This document shows, piece by piece, positions 10,149-20,592 of a DNA stretch of 64,000 bases. The stretch spans positions 1,312,001-1,376,000 of the forward strand of contig CAVQBA010000004.1 of assembly GCA_963710605.1 (NCBI GenBank). The letters are read 5' to 3'. Numbering within the stretch: position 1 is the first letter of the stretch; the number at the start of each line of letters is the position of its first letter. A program made the translations under genes and the position numbers. Source of the DNA: an uncultured cyanobacterium. GTDB lineage: Bacteria; Cyanobacteriota; Cyanobacteriia; Cyanobacteriales; Cyanobacteriaceae. Under the pieces are notes generated by a model. The model was not told the origin of the DNA and searched no databases. It saw only the letters and a list, made by a program, of their open reading frames with translations.

Positions 10149-11997
10149 AGTATCCTCTAGGAGTAATTAATAAGTTTTGATATTGTTTAGTGTTGCTATT
10201 ACCAATCATGACAGTGGTGAGCATATCGATCGAATTATCTAACATAAGAGCCAAAGTTGTCAAAGTAATTTGTTCGTCTTCTCGACCAATAGAACGAGCG
10301 ATCGCTACTGGCGTGTTAGGATGACGATACTCTAAGAATATACTTTGTAATTTTACTATTTGTTCTTGTCTAGTTTTCGATCGAGGATTATAGATAGTAG
10401 TCACAAAATCAGCACTAGCGGCGGCAACTATTCTTTTTTCAATCACATCCCAAGGTGTCAACAAATCACTCAAACTAATTGCACAGAAATCGTGCATTAA
10501 TGGCGAACCGATTTTAGCCGCTAAACTTTGTAATGCTGTAATCCCAGAAAATACTTCTACAGAAGGAGTTTTTCCATTCCAACCCTGTTGAGCTAAAATT
10601 TCTAAAACTAACCCCGCCATCCCGTAAATACCACAATCTCCTGACGAAATCACAGCTACGGTTAAACCCCAACTAGCTAATTGAATCGCTCTTTGGGCTC
10701 GTTGTTTTTCTTGGGTAATAGAATAAGACTCGATTATTTGCTCAGGGCGTAGTAATGTTTTGATTAAATCAATATACAAACCATAACCAATAATTACATC
10801 AGCTTCTGCTAAAGCGGTTTGAGCGTAGTTAGTTAGATATTTAAGATTACCAGGACCTGTCCCAATCAGATATAATCTACCTTGGTGAGGATTATACTCT
10901 AATGAAGACTCAGCGATCGCTATTGTAACTGCCCCTTTTTCGGTTTCCTCTTTAATAATCTGTTTGGAGACAATTAAATTAGCGGTGTTATTTTCCCAAT
11001 CAGTAAAACTTGCACCTTTAATTGCCGAGGCTTCAGCTACACTGGGAGTACCAACTTCAGATTTTACTATTTTAGAAGGATTCGGTACTGCAATATTTTT
11101 TAATTCTTCTGCCGAATAAGTTTGTAAAGGTAAATTCAACTCTTCGGCTAATTTGAGAATACCTACTTCATCACTTTTAAGATCAATTGTAACAATTGAA
11201 GCGATCGATTCTTCTGCTAAATTATACTTACTCAAAACTTGAATTAAAGCCGATCGAATTAAAGAAAAAGAAGTATTTCGCTCACAACCAATTCCTACCC
11301 ACAATACTTGAGGATGCCAAGAAACAAAGTTGAGGTTATTAGTTGTAATATTTTGCTTTGTACCAATATAAATCATACTGTTACATTTCGAGTGACTATC
11401 TTCAGTAAATACAAAAGGATGAGATAGTGGTAAGCGTTTTTGCCACCACTTTAATCCTGCATCTTGTTTTACTAAAGTAGTTTGATTACGGGTAATATCA
11501 GCCGCAACACTCGTCCAATCACCCTTCCCTTTTCGCCAACCAAATATATCACCAAAAGTATCTATCGGGGGAAGATTCAAAGCAAAAGAAGCACTAGTAA
11601 TAATTGGTTGTGCATTTAACTGATAAGCAATCAACTCAGTTAATTTATCTCCTTGTGCTTGATGCCCACCAACTAAACTAATTACAGAATCAAACTCAGG
11701 AGAAATAACAATGATTGCAGGGTCATTTTTTTTACTTTGTAATAAAGGAGCTATTAAACGTACCACAGCCCCAATTGTCAGACTAAAAACGATCGATTTT
11801 GATTCAGACCAAATTTGTTCGATATGTTTAGCTAGACTATCATCATAGTATTGTGTCTGAACTTGCGTTTGTTGTTCAAACTTACTAGACAACCACAAAA
11901 CACCATCTGTATTTTCAACTAAAACCGATAATCGATCAACATTGTGAAGATTGACAGTAATAAAATTTAAAGGCTGATAATCACTAAAAATTGACAT
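10138..11997 (-). CDS. cobJ: CbiG-CobJ(CbiH) fusion: cobalt-precorrin-5A hydrolase / precorrin-3B C17-methyltransferase
   Basis: CbiG part (GAVVRLIAPLL..K..DPA, VGIGCER, GTPSVAEA) plus methyltransferase part (IGTGPG, SSGDCGIYGMAG, HDFCAISLSDLLTPW, TPRGY). Confidence 0.92.
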   Translation of the reverse strand: MSIFSDYQPLNFITVNLHNVDRLSVLVENTDGVLWLSSKFEQQTQVQTQYYDDSLAKHIEQIWSESKSIVFSLTIGAVVRLIAPLLQSKKNDPAIIVISPEFDSVISLVGGHQAQGDKLTELIAYQLNAQPIITSASFALNLPPIDTFGDIFGWRKGKGDWTSVAADITRNQTTLVKQDAGLKWWQKRLPLSHPFVFTEDSHSKCNSMIYIGTKQNITTNNLNFVSWHPQVLWVGIGCERNTSFSLIRSALIQVLSKYNLAEESIASIVTIDLKSDEVGILKLAEELNLPLQTYSAEELKNIAVPNPSKIVKSEVGTPSVAEASAIKGASFTDWENNTANLIVSKQIIKEETEKGAVTIAIAESSLEYNPHQGRLYLIGTGPGNLKYLTNYAQTALAEADVIIGYGLYIDLIKTLLRPEQIIESYSITQEKQRAQRAIQLASWGLTVAVISSGDCGIYGMAGLVLEILAQQGWNGKTPSVEVFSGITALQSLAAKIGSPLMHDFCAISLSDLLTPWDVIEKRIVAAASADFVTTIYNPRSKTRQEQIVKLQSIFLEYRHPNTPVAIARSIGREDEQITLTTLALMLDNSIDMLTTVMIGNSNTKQYQNLLITPRGYLEN

Positions 11998-12127
11998 AAA
12001 AAAGTCGAGAGTTAATTATTAATTATTAATTGTTAATTGTTACTTTATTCCATAGAATGATCATAATTCACGTTAATATGACTTAATAGCATTGTCATTA
12101 CATGAGACTTACCAATAAAATTGTATT

Positions 12128-13228
12128 ATGATTGGAGAAATTTCTTACACTCAAGAGATATATCATCTTCTGACTTTTCTAGTTGCCATGAATGTAGTTT
12201 TGTGGTGTACGCCCGTAGTCAAAAGTATTGGCTTGAAATGTGGTTATGTCGATAAACCAAATGCTCGCAAAATACATCATCTACCAATTGTACGTATTGG
12301 CGGAATAGCTATTTTTGCTGGTACAACAGCGGCTTTACTGATTGTCTGGTGGTTAGGAGGATTTGGGGTTTTATCTCCTGAAAAAGATGCTGAAATCTGG
12401 GGTGTAACCATCGGTGCTATCCTTTTCTTTTTTATTGGTTTGGCAGATGACTTATTTAGTTTATCACCTTCTTCACGTTTATTGATGCAAGCGATCGTTG
12501 CTTCTTTTGCATGGTATAAAGGTGTCAAAATTAGTTTTTTTAGTATTCCTTTTGGCGATTCGATTATTAATATAGATATGTGGTGGTTGAGTTTACCGAT
12601 TACCGTCATTTGGTTAGTGGGAATGGTTAATGCAGTTAATTGGATTGATGGCTTAGATGGTTTAGCCGCAGGAGTTTGTGGGATAGCGGCGGTGGTAATG
12701 TTAGTTGTCAGTTTATTCATGAATCAACCAGCGGCGGCATTGTTAGCGGCGGCATTAGCAGGAGGTGCATTAGGTTTTCTGAGGTATAATTTTAATCCTG
12801 CCCAAATTTTTATGGGTGATGGCGGGGCATACTTTATGGGTTTTATGTTAGCTGGTGTAGCTGTCATTGGTATTTCTAAAACCGCAGTGGTAACGGCTGT
12901 ACTTTTACCTTATGTTATTTTGGCAGTACCCATTTTAGATATGTCTTGGGTAATTCTGTCTCGTGTTTTACAAGGTAAGTCTCCTCTTTTAGCCGATAAT
13001 CGACATTTACATCATCGATTGTTAGAAGCTGGTATTTCTCAACGTTTAACCGCAATGTATATTTATTCTCTTACTTTGTGGGCAGGAAGTTTAGGTTTAG
13101 CTTTTTCAGGTTTTCCTAGTGGCGGAGTTTATGCGGCTGGGGCAACTATGTTACTTTTTTATACTACTTGGTATGTCTGGAAAAATCGACGAACAAAATC
13201 AAAAACGATCAAGATTAAACAAGATTAA
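12128..13228 (+). CDS. glycosyltransferase family 4 (WecA/MraY-like undecaprenyl-phosphate GlcNAc-1-phosphate transferase)
   Basis: DKPNARKIH, GLADD, NAVNWIDGLDGLA, NFNPAQIFMGDGG, HLHHRLL; multiple TM helices. Confidence 0.9.
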   Translation: MIGEISYTQEIYHLLTFLVAMNVVLWCTPVVKSIGLKCGYVDKPNARKIHHLPIVRIGGIAIFAGTTAALLIVWWLGGFGVLSPEKDAEIWGVTIGAILFFFIGLADDLFSLSPSSRLLMQAIVASFAWYKGVKISFFSIPFGDSIINIDMWWLSLPITVIWLVGMVNAVNWIDGLDGLAAGVCGIAAVVMLVVSLFMNQPAAALLAAALAGGALGFLRYNFNPAQIFMGDGGAYFMGFMLAGVAVIGISKTAVVTAVLLPYVILAVPILDMSWVILSRVLQGKSPLLADNRHLHHRLLEAGISQRLTAMYIYSLTLWAGSLGLAFSGFPSGGVYAAGATMLLFYTTWYVWKNRRTKSKTIKIKQD

Positions 13229-13421
13229 TGGATTGACAGGATTATTTATTGGCGATGAAAAATTGACAATTGACAATGTTTAAACGTTTTAGCTTTATTT
13301 ACTATTTTTTAAGATATTACAAGTGATTTAATTTTATTAGATAAATTATGAAGTATATTAAGTTGAAGAAAGACGATCGACTATACTTCAATTATTAACT
13401 ATTAACTATCAACTATATAAA

Positions 13422-13661
13422 ATGTCTTTAAAATACAATAACAATCAATCTCAATATCAATTAAAAGTAGAAGATAATGATCAAAAAATTGAAGCTTGGT
13501 TAACCGAAAATATTAGTAATATGTCTCCTGAAAAAGTAGATCAACTTATTACTGAAAATCAAATATTAATTAATAAATCCGTTTGTAAAAATAAAAATAC
13601 TATTCTTAAACAAGGAGACGAAGTTATTGTTAATGTACCACCTGATTTTTCTGAAAAATAA
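13422..13661 (+). CDS. stand-alone S4-like domain protein; partial duplicate of the 5' end of the downstream pseudouridine synthase
   Basis: colinear with the first ~74 aa of 13813.. (NNQSQYQLKVED, ENQIL.NKSVCKNK, ILKQGDE). Confidence 0.65.
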   Translation: MSLKYNNNQSQYQLKVEDNDQKIEAWLTENISNMSPEKVDQLITENQILINKSVCKNKNTILKQGDEVIVNVPPDFSEK

Positions 13662-13812
13662 TTCGATCGAATAAGTAAAGATTAGATATATATCTTGATC
13701 ACAACAATTACGCAAAAAATGGTAAGTATTAATTACTAATTATTAATTATTCACTTATACTGAATAATACTTTAAATATGCTTTCAGTCTTATTAGCTAT
13801 TCATGATTTTAA

Positions 13813-14759
13813 ATGAGTTTAGAAAACGATAATAATCAATCTCAATATCAGTTAAAAGTAGAAGACGATGGTCAAAGAATTGATGCTTGGTTAGCTGAAA
13901 ATATTAACCCAATATCTAGAACTAGAATTCAAAAACTAATTAGTGAAAACCAAATACTAGTTAATAAATCTGTTTGTAAAAATAAAAAAATAATTCTTAA
14001 ACAAGGAGATGAAATTGTTGTTAATATTCCTCCTCCTGTTTCTTCTGAATTAATTGCTCAAGATATTCCTTTAGATATTCTTTATGAAGATGAATATTTG
14101 CTCGTTATCAATAAATCTGCTAATTTAGTCGTACATCCTGCCCCCGGACATTATCAAGGCACACTTGTCAACGCACTTTTAGCTCATTGCCCCGATTTAA
14201 AAGGGATTGGTGGTGTCGAACGCCCCGGGATTGTTCACCGCTTAGATAAAGATACCACAGGTGCGATCGTAGTAGCGAAAACAGAACCCGTTTTACACCA
14301 TCTTCAAGCTCAAATTAAAGCTAAAACTGCCCAAAGAGAGTATCTAGGAATAGTTTATGGTGCTCCACCTACACACAGCGGTATAGTTGATTTACCTATA
14401 GGTAGAAATCCTCACGATCGTAAAAAAATGGCGATCGTTCCTGTCGAAAAAAATGGTAAATCTGCGGTAACTCATTGGCAAATAGAAGAAAGAATCGGTA
14501 ATTATAGTTTGATGCACTTTCGCTTAGAAACAGGGCGTACTCATCAAATAAGGGTACATATTAGCCAGTTAGGACACTCGATCGTAGGCGACCCTTTGTA
14601 TAGTTCTGGACGTAATTTAGACGTTAATTTAACGGGACAGGCTTTACACGCTGTTCGTTTGACTTTAATTCATCCGATAACCGAAGAAACTATCAGTGCG
14701 ATCGCTCCTTTACCTCAAGAATTTGAAACCTATTACGAATTTTGAGACAGAAACAATAA
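13813..14759 (+). CDS. rluD: RluA/RluD family pseudouridine synthase (apparent 1-nt deletion near 14731)
   Basis: S4 domain, HRLDKDTTG, LETGRTHQIRVH, QALHA; ORF stops at 14745 but adding one T gives ...FETLLRILRQKQ* ending 14759. Confidence 0.88.
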
Positions 14760-14825
14760 GAATGAAGAGTAAAGGATGAATAATAATTGAGAATGAATAA
14801 TTAGTAATCATTTTGAAAAAATATC

Positions 14826-15530
14826 ATGTCAGATTTAATTTACTATTTAGAAAAAATCGATCGTTATGTAGAGCAATATTGCAATACATCTAATAATAGA
14901 GTTTCTATATTAGCAGAAGGAATATCTCGTGAAGAAATCGATCGTCTTATTTTTGACCAAGTACAATTTTATACTAAGCGTAATCCCAAGTCTAACTTAA
15001 ACAATATTTCATTCAATCCTTGTGAAGATTTTTATCAATTACATCAATGGCATAATGGAGCAGAATCATATTCTCAAATTACAGAGTTTTCTGATAGTAT
15101 CGAATATATCTCATTTCTGAATGAAGAGATATATTGGTACGACCTCAAATCTACATTGAATATTAATGAATCAGGAGTAAACTGTAGCTTATTTTTAGAT
15201 GAAGGAGGAGGCTCTTGTTTAACAAGTAACAAAAAATTGCATCAAGAATCTAAAATTTTCTTCGATTGGGAAAGTGATAGTTGTTGTTCTTTAACTGAAT
15301 TTATCAAAGGTTATGCAGAAGTATTAGATATTACTCTTAATCTTTTATTTGAAAAAGGCAACTTTGATGGAGATTATAAAGATCGTTTAGAAAGCTGGGA
15401 AAATATTGTTATAACTTTAAATGAAAATCAGGAAACAAATTGGGCGTTTAAATGGCTAAGTATTACAGGTTTTTTAAATGCTGCTTTAAATGTTGAGGGA
15501 TATGACTCTAAGTTATGGTACTCTTTATAA
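14826..15530 (+). CDS. hypothetical protein, SMI1/KNR4 (SUKH)-like
   Basis: GISREEID...PCEDFYQLHQWHNG resembles the SUKH G.S.EEI...LP.D...LY.WHNG pattern. Confidence 0.5.
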   Translation: MSDLIYYLEKIDRYVEQYCNTSNNRVSILAEGISREEIDRLIFDQVQFYTKRNPKSNLNNISFNPCEDFYQLHQWHNGAESYSQITEFSDSIEYISFLNEEIYWYDLKSTLNINESGVNCSLFLDEGGGSCLTSNKKLHQESKIFFDWESDSCCSLTEFIKGYAEVLDITLNLLFEKGNFDGDYKDRLESWENIVITLNENQETNWAFKWLSITGFLNAALNVEGYDSKLWYSL

Positions 15531-15720
15531 CAAAATTCGCTTGTCACTCAAACAAATAAAGATGGTAGCTAATAATTTGATTCCTAACTTCCACCTTCAA
15601 AGATATTTATTTTGGCGTTATTCTTTGATTTGGCAAAAACCTTAATATTTCGGCTGTTTGATTTATTGACGATGATTTAAAGCTCAGTTATAAATAAATT
15701 GATTAAAGTTGACGATCGAT

Positions 15721-15771
15721 GCCTAACCCATCCTACTACTGAATCAAGGGTGCAATACCTTGCACCCCTAC
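15721..15771 (-). repeat. GTAG-type REP-like elements between convergent genes
   Basis: minus strand GTAGGGGTGCAA-GGTA-TTGCACCC (8-bp stem) and GTAGGATGGGTTAGGC. Confidence 0.6.
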
Positions 15772-15789
15772 AAAAGAATATCTAATAAC

Positions 15790-16491
15790 TTAAGGTAAAT
15801 CAAAAAGCAAAATTTCGCTATCATCTTTATTGGCTACGATCGTAATTTGTTGTTCTTGAGTTATACCTGCACCGTCACCTGCTGTTAAAACTCGATCGTT
15901 AACTTCTATTGAACCTTTAGCTACTTGTATCCATACCGATCGATCATTGTTGTTAGTATAATCAACTCGATCGCCATTATTTAACGAGCCGACATATAAA
16001 TTGACATCCTGATGAATTTTAACCGAATTGTCTCTACCATCTTCTGATACAACTAGTTGTAACTTACCTTGATTAGCTTGAAAATCGAAATGTTTTTGTT
16101 CGTAACTAGGTTTAATGCCATATTGATTCGGTGTAATCCAAATTTGTAGAAAATGGACTGGGTTAGTATCCGAAGCATTGTATTCACTATGAGCGATACC
16201 CGTACCTGCCGACATTCTTTGTACATCCCCTGGGCGGATAATTGAACCATTACCGATACTATCTCTATGCTCTAATTCTCCTTTTAAGACATAAGAAATG
16301 ATTTCCATATCTCGGTGAGAGTGAGTACCAAATCCTTGCCCAGCTTTTACTCTGTCTTCATTAATTACTCTTAACTTATTAAATCCCATCTGATTAGGAT
16401 CATAATAACTACCAAAGGAAAACGTATGTTTGCTATCAAGCCAACCAAAATTAGCATTACCTCTTGCTTGGTTAGAACGAATAGTAATCAT
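15790..16491 (-). CDS. pirin family protein (YhhW-like)
   Basis: WLDSKHTFSFG.YYDP, LRVINED, THSHRDMEI, MSAGTGIAHSE, FLQIW. Confidence 0.95.
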   Translation of the reverse strand: MITIRSNQARGNANFGWLDSKHTFSFGSYYDPNQMGFNKLRVINEDRVKAGQGFGTHSHRDMEIISYVLKGELEHRDSIGNGSIIRPGDVQRMSAGTGIAHSEYNASDTNPVHFLQIWITPNQYGIKPSYEQKHFDFQANQGKLQLVVSEDGRDNSVKIHQDVNLYVGSLNNGDRVDYTNNNDRSVWIQVAKGSIEVNDRVLTAGDGAGITQEQQITIVANKDDSEILLFDLP

Positions 16492-16612
16492 CGTTTATAC
16501 CTCCTTTCTCTTTCCTTTTTTATCTATATCTTAATTATGCACTGTCTATTATAAAATGACAATAAGCAATTTTATTGACATATTGTATCTATTTTAAGGA
16601 CAATATTAGATT

Positions 16613-17521
16613 ATGGATAAATTTGAAAGTATCAAAGCATTTACCAAGGTAGTTGAAGAAGGAGGATTTGCGGCGGCGGCTCGTAAAATGCAGTTGTCTC
16701 GCTCTTCTGTGAATAAGTTAGTAATTAATTTAGAGAATCAATTAGGAGTACAATTACTTTATCGAACTACCCGTCAAGTGACACCTACAGATACAGGTAG
16801 AGTTTTTTACGATCGTTGTTTGGCTATTCTATCTAGTTTAGAAGAAGCAGAAATTTTAGTCAGTCAACAACATGAGCAACCAAAAGGAATATTGAAAATC
16901 AATGCCCCGATGTCTTTTGGTATTTCGTTTTTAGGAGCAAAAATAGCTGATTTTATGGCTGAGTACAAGCAAGTTAAAATACAATTGACTTTAGAAGATC
17001 GCTTTGTCGATCCGATCGCTGAAGGTTATGATTTAGTGATTAGGATTGGTTCGCCTATTTCTTCACCTAATTTAGTGGTCGATCATTTAACGACAATTCC
17101 TCGTGTAATTTGTGCTTCTCCTGGTTATTTAGAAACTCATGGCATACCTCAAAATATTTCAGAGTTAAAAAATCATGCTTGTTTGACTTATGGTTATTTA
17201 GCAACAGGTTGTCAGTGGCTATTTATTAATTCAAATGGTGATGAAGAAACAGTTAAAATTGAAAGTATTTTTTGTTCTAATAATGGCGAAACTCTTAGAG
17301 ATATAGCTGTCAAAGGTTTAGGCATTGCTTTGTTACCTACTTTTATCGTCGTTCGAGAATTAAAGGAAGGACGATTACAAGTTATTTTATCTGATTATCA
17401 ATGTCCACAATTAAATCTAAGTACTATCTATCCTCTTCATCGACATTTATCTACCAAAATACGATTATTTAATCAATTTCTACAAGAATGTCTAACACCA
17501 GAAAATAATCAAAAAGTTTGA
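16613..17521 (+). CDS. LysR family transcriptional regulator (CrgA-like), divergent from pirin
   Basis: N-terminal HTH (GGFAAAARKM, LENQLGVQLLYRTTR) and substrate-binding domain. Confidence 0.95.
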   Translation: MDKFESIKAFTKVVEEGGFAAAARKMQLSRSSVNKLVINLENQLGVQLLYRTTRQVTPTDTGRVFYDRCLAILSSLEEAEILVSQQHEQPKGILKINAPMSFGISFLGAKIADFMAEYKQVKIQLTLEDRFVDPIAEGYDLVIRIGSPISSPNLVVDHLTTIPRVICASPGYLETHGIPQNISELKNHACLTYGYLATGCQWLFINSNGDEETVKIESIFCSNNGETLRDIAVKGLGIALLPTFIVVRELKEGRLQVILSDYQCPQLNLSTIYPLHRHLSTKIRLFNQFLQECLTPENNQKV

Positions 17522-17538
17522 GGTGATATAATAGCTTA

Positions 17539-17887
17539 TTACTGACCGATAGTAATCACCCTACGAATCTCTTCGTTACGAAAACCGATCGCCAATAGTT
17601 TTCTCTTGCTGGCAAAGTGTTTTCAAATAGCCATAGTTGATACAAAGTACTGACGTAAAGACTATTCTTATTAGCAAACATACCCATACATCGATCGAGA
17701 GTACGTTCAAATACAGATAACTTACCGTCGGTTTTTAAACCAATAAACCAATAAAAAATATTTTACCTGCTTGATAAGTCGTAAAAGCAAGAGATCACTT
17801 TTGTTTATATAATCAAGAAGTAAATTGCCGAAAAGCATCAATTTCTAACAATCTTTAGTCAGATTTTAGTGTTTGAGGATTAGTCAT
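17539..17887 (-). pseudogene. decayed copy of the TIGR03032 gene (internal deletion and nonsense codons)
   Basis: 17595..17887 aligns with ~22031..22315 and 17539..17594 with 21257..21312; reads MTNPQTLKSD*...TS*; about 0.7 kb of the middle is missing. Confidence 0.9.
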
Positions 17888-18047
17888 TTTAATAATTTAC
17901 TTAGACAAATAATTGCTATATGCAACCTAATAATTAAGCCATATTTTAATTGCATCATCTTCCAAAAAATGTTAAATTAATTACCTTCAATGTACGATGA
18001 TTAACACAATTAAACAATACTTCAAAAATTAAAAAAATTAATTTATT

Positions 18048-20123
18048 ATGAATGTTATTAGCACCTTTGAACTAAGTAGCCTAAATGGAAGTAATGGTTT
18101 TGTTCTCAACGGTATCGATCAAGGCGATCGATCGGGACGTTCTGTTAGTAGTGCAGGAGATATTAATGGAGATGGTTTTGATGACATAATTATTGGTGCA
18201 CCGACCGCTTCTCCTAATGAGGATCAGACTCCGGGAGAAAGTTATGTAGTGTATGGTCGCGCGAATGGTTTTTCTCCATTGATTGAGTTATCTTCACTTG
18301 ATGGAAGTAACGGTTTTAAAATTAATGGTATTGATGACAGAGATCGATCAGGACGTTCTGTTAGTAATGCAGGGGATGTCAATGGAGATGGTCTTGATGA
18401 CATAATTATTGGGGCACCGCTTGGGGATGCCAATGGCAATGATACAGGAGAAGCTTATGTTATATATGGTAGTACGAACGGTTTTTCTTCATCAATTGAA
18501 TTATCCTCACTTAATGGAAGTAACGGTTTTCAAATCAATGGTCTTGATGACAGAGATAATTTCGGACAAGATGTCAGTTACGCAGGGGATGTCAATGGAG
18601 ATGGTCTCGATGACATAATTATTGGTGCAGATCGTGCCGATCCCAATAACATAGATGAAGCGGGAAAAAGTTATGTCGTGTTTGGTAGCATAAGCGGTTT
18701 TGCTCCTGAAATTGAATTATCCTCACTTAATGGCAGTAATGGTTTTGTTATCAACGGTATCGATAGTCAAGATAATTCAGGACGTTCTGTTAGTAGTGCA
18801 GGGGATGTCAATGGAGATGGTCTTGATGATGTAATTATTGGTGCACCTTTTAGCGATGTTAATAACGATGACGCAGGAGGAAGTTATGTCGTGTTTGGTA
18901 GCACAAGTGGTTTTACTCCTGAAATTGAATTATCATCACTTAACGGCAGTAATGGTTTTAGAATCAATGGTATCGATTTCCAAAGTAAATCGGGTTTTAG
19001 CGTCAGTAGTGCAGGGGATGTCAATGGAGATGGTATTGATGACGTAATTATTGGTGCATCGTTCGGCGATGATAATCTTAATGAGACAGGAGTAAGCTAT
19101 GTAGTATTTGGTAAGACAAGCGGTTTTGCTCCTGAAATTGAATTATCATCACTTAATGGCAGTAATGGTTTTAAAATCAATGGTATCGATCCCAATGATT
19201 TTGCGGGAGAGAGAGTCAGTAGCGCAGGAGATTTCAATGGTGATGGTCTTGATGACATAGTTATTGGTGCTAGATCAGCCGATGCCAATGGCGATTCATC
19301 AGGGGAAAGTTATGTCCTGTATGGTAGCACAAGCGGTTTTGCTCCTGAAATTGAATTATCCTCACTTGATGGTAGTAATGGTTTTGTTATCAACGGTATT
19401 GATAGTTTTGATAGTTCAGGACGTTCTGTCAGTAGTGCAGGGGATGTCAATGGAGATGGCTTTGACGATTTAATTATTAGTGCAGATGGAAGCGATCCTA
19501 ATGACAAGCGGCAGGCCGGAGAAAGTTATGTAGTGTTTGGTTTTTCCAGTTCTTTAACCTTGATGGGAGGTACTGCTCAAATTGCTTACGTTGCCTATTA
19601 TGGCAGACCAGCCGATAACGGCGGACAAGCTTTTTGGAATCAAGTACTTAGCGATAATAATATTAATTATTCTCCTCGTACTGGCGATTCTTTGACAGGA
19701 AACGATCTAGATACTTATAACCTAGTTGTTAATGATTTTGGTAATGCAGAAGAAGCTAATCGTATATTCGGAGCGTTAAATAATCGAGATAAAGTCAATA
19801 CGGTTTATAACTTTGCTTTTGATCGTGATGGAGATACTGGAGGTTTAGACTTTTGGACAGATCAGCTCGATCGAGGTAATGTAAGCTTAACTTCTTTTGC
19901 GATGGAAGTAGCATTGGGTGCACAAAACGAAGATATTATTACTTTAACTAATAAAATTGAAAGTGCCAATTTATTTTCTAGTTCGATCGATACACCCGCG
20001 GAAACTCAAGCTTATACGGGAAATACGGGAGAAGTATTTGGACGAGATTGGTTAGCAGGATATGGAACACAAATCGCCAGTCAAACGCAAGTTGATAATG
20101 CTTTGACCGATTTAGTCGGATAA
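18048..20123 (+). CDS. FG-GAP/integrin-alpha repeat protein (7 repeats) with C-terminal DUF4214/S-layer-like domain
   Basis: seven AGD.NGDG.DD.II repeats with ~71-72 aa period; C-terminal AYVAYYGRPAD...FW and GGLDFW. Confidence 0.9.
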   Translation: MNVISTFELSSLNGSNGFVLNGIDQGDRSGRSVSSAGDINGDGFDDIIIGAPTASPNEDQTPGESYVVYGRANGFSPLIELSSLDGSNGFKINGIDDRDRSGRSVSNAGDVNGDGLDDIIIGAPLGDANGNDTGEAYVIYGSTNGFSSSIELSSLNGSNGFQINGLDDRDNFGQDVSYAGDVNGDGLDDIIIGADRADPNNIDEAGKSYVVFGSISGFAPEIELSSLNGSNGFVINGIDSQDNSGRSVSSAGDVNGDGLDDVIIGAPFSDVNNDDAGGSYVVFGSTSGFTPEIELSSLNGSNGFRINGIDFQSKSGFSVSSAGDVNGDGIDDVIIGASFGDDNLNETGVSYVVFGKTSGFAPEIELSSLNGSNGFKINGIDPNDFAGERVSSAGDFNGDGLDDIVIGARSADANGDSSGESYVLYGSTSGFAPEIELSSLDGSNGFVINGIDSFDSSGRSVSSAGDVNGDGFDDLIISADGSDPNDKRQAGESYVVFGFSSSLTLMGGTAQIAYVAYYGRPADNGGQAFWNQVLSDNNINYSPRTGDSLTGNDLDTYNLVVNDFGNAEEANRIFGALNNRDKVNTVYNFAFDRDGDTGGLDFWTDQLDRGNVSLTSFAMEVALGAQNEDIITLTNKIESANLFSSSIDTPAETQAYTGNTGEVFGRDWLAGYGTQIASQTQVDNALTDLVG

Positions 20124-20516
20124 AAATGAAAATAGTTTAACTAAAATTAATCTTTTATAAATTGTCATAGACAAAAATAATATTTGATCGTCAATTTTAA
20201 AAATACCTTAATCTTAATTAGTTTATTCTCCTATCTTTTTACTGTAAGTAGCTTTTTTATAACAGAGTTTGATTTTTATCTGGATGTTTTATCTGGCTTT
20301 ATCTGTTGCCGGCTTAATTTAATTTGGTATTATATTCGGTGATAAGTAGAAAGTGAAAAGTATTAATTATTATTTAAGGTATTTCTATGGCTAAAATCTG
20401 TTATTTTTGTCCTAATTTTGAAAAACTAGATGAAGGCATTCATGAAACCTATTGGCGGGTATGACAATTACGTTAACAAAGAGATCATACATATGATGCA
20501 ATAGTAGTATTCAATT

Positions 20517-20592
20517 CTTAATTTTTTAGTCTCGATCGTTGTTTTTCCTCAATTCAAGCTTGTTTAACTTCTTTACCAAAAAGTACAAAACC
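20517..20592 (-). pseudogene. duplicated 3' tip of gltS
   Basis: 20533..20592 matches 24918..24977 at 55/60 nt by hand alignment. Confidence 0.85.

Noticed and set aside
20539-20591. N-terminus MFFLNSSLF.. of the 182-aa ORF as a native LysR start
   Set aside because: It is antisense gltS-derived sequence at the duplication junction
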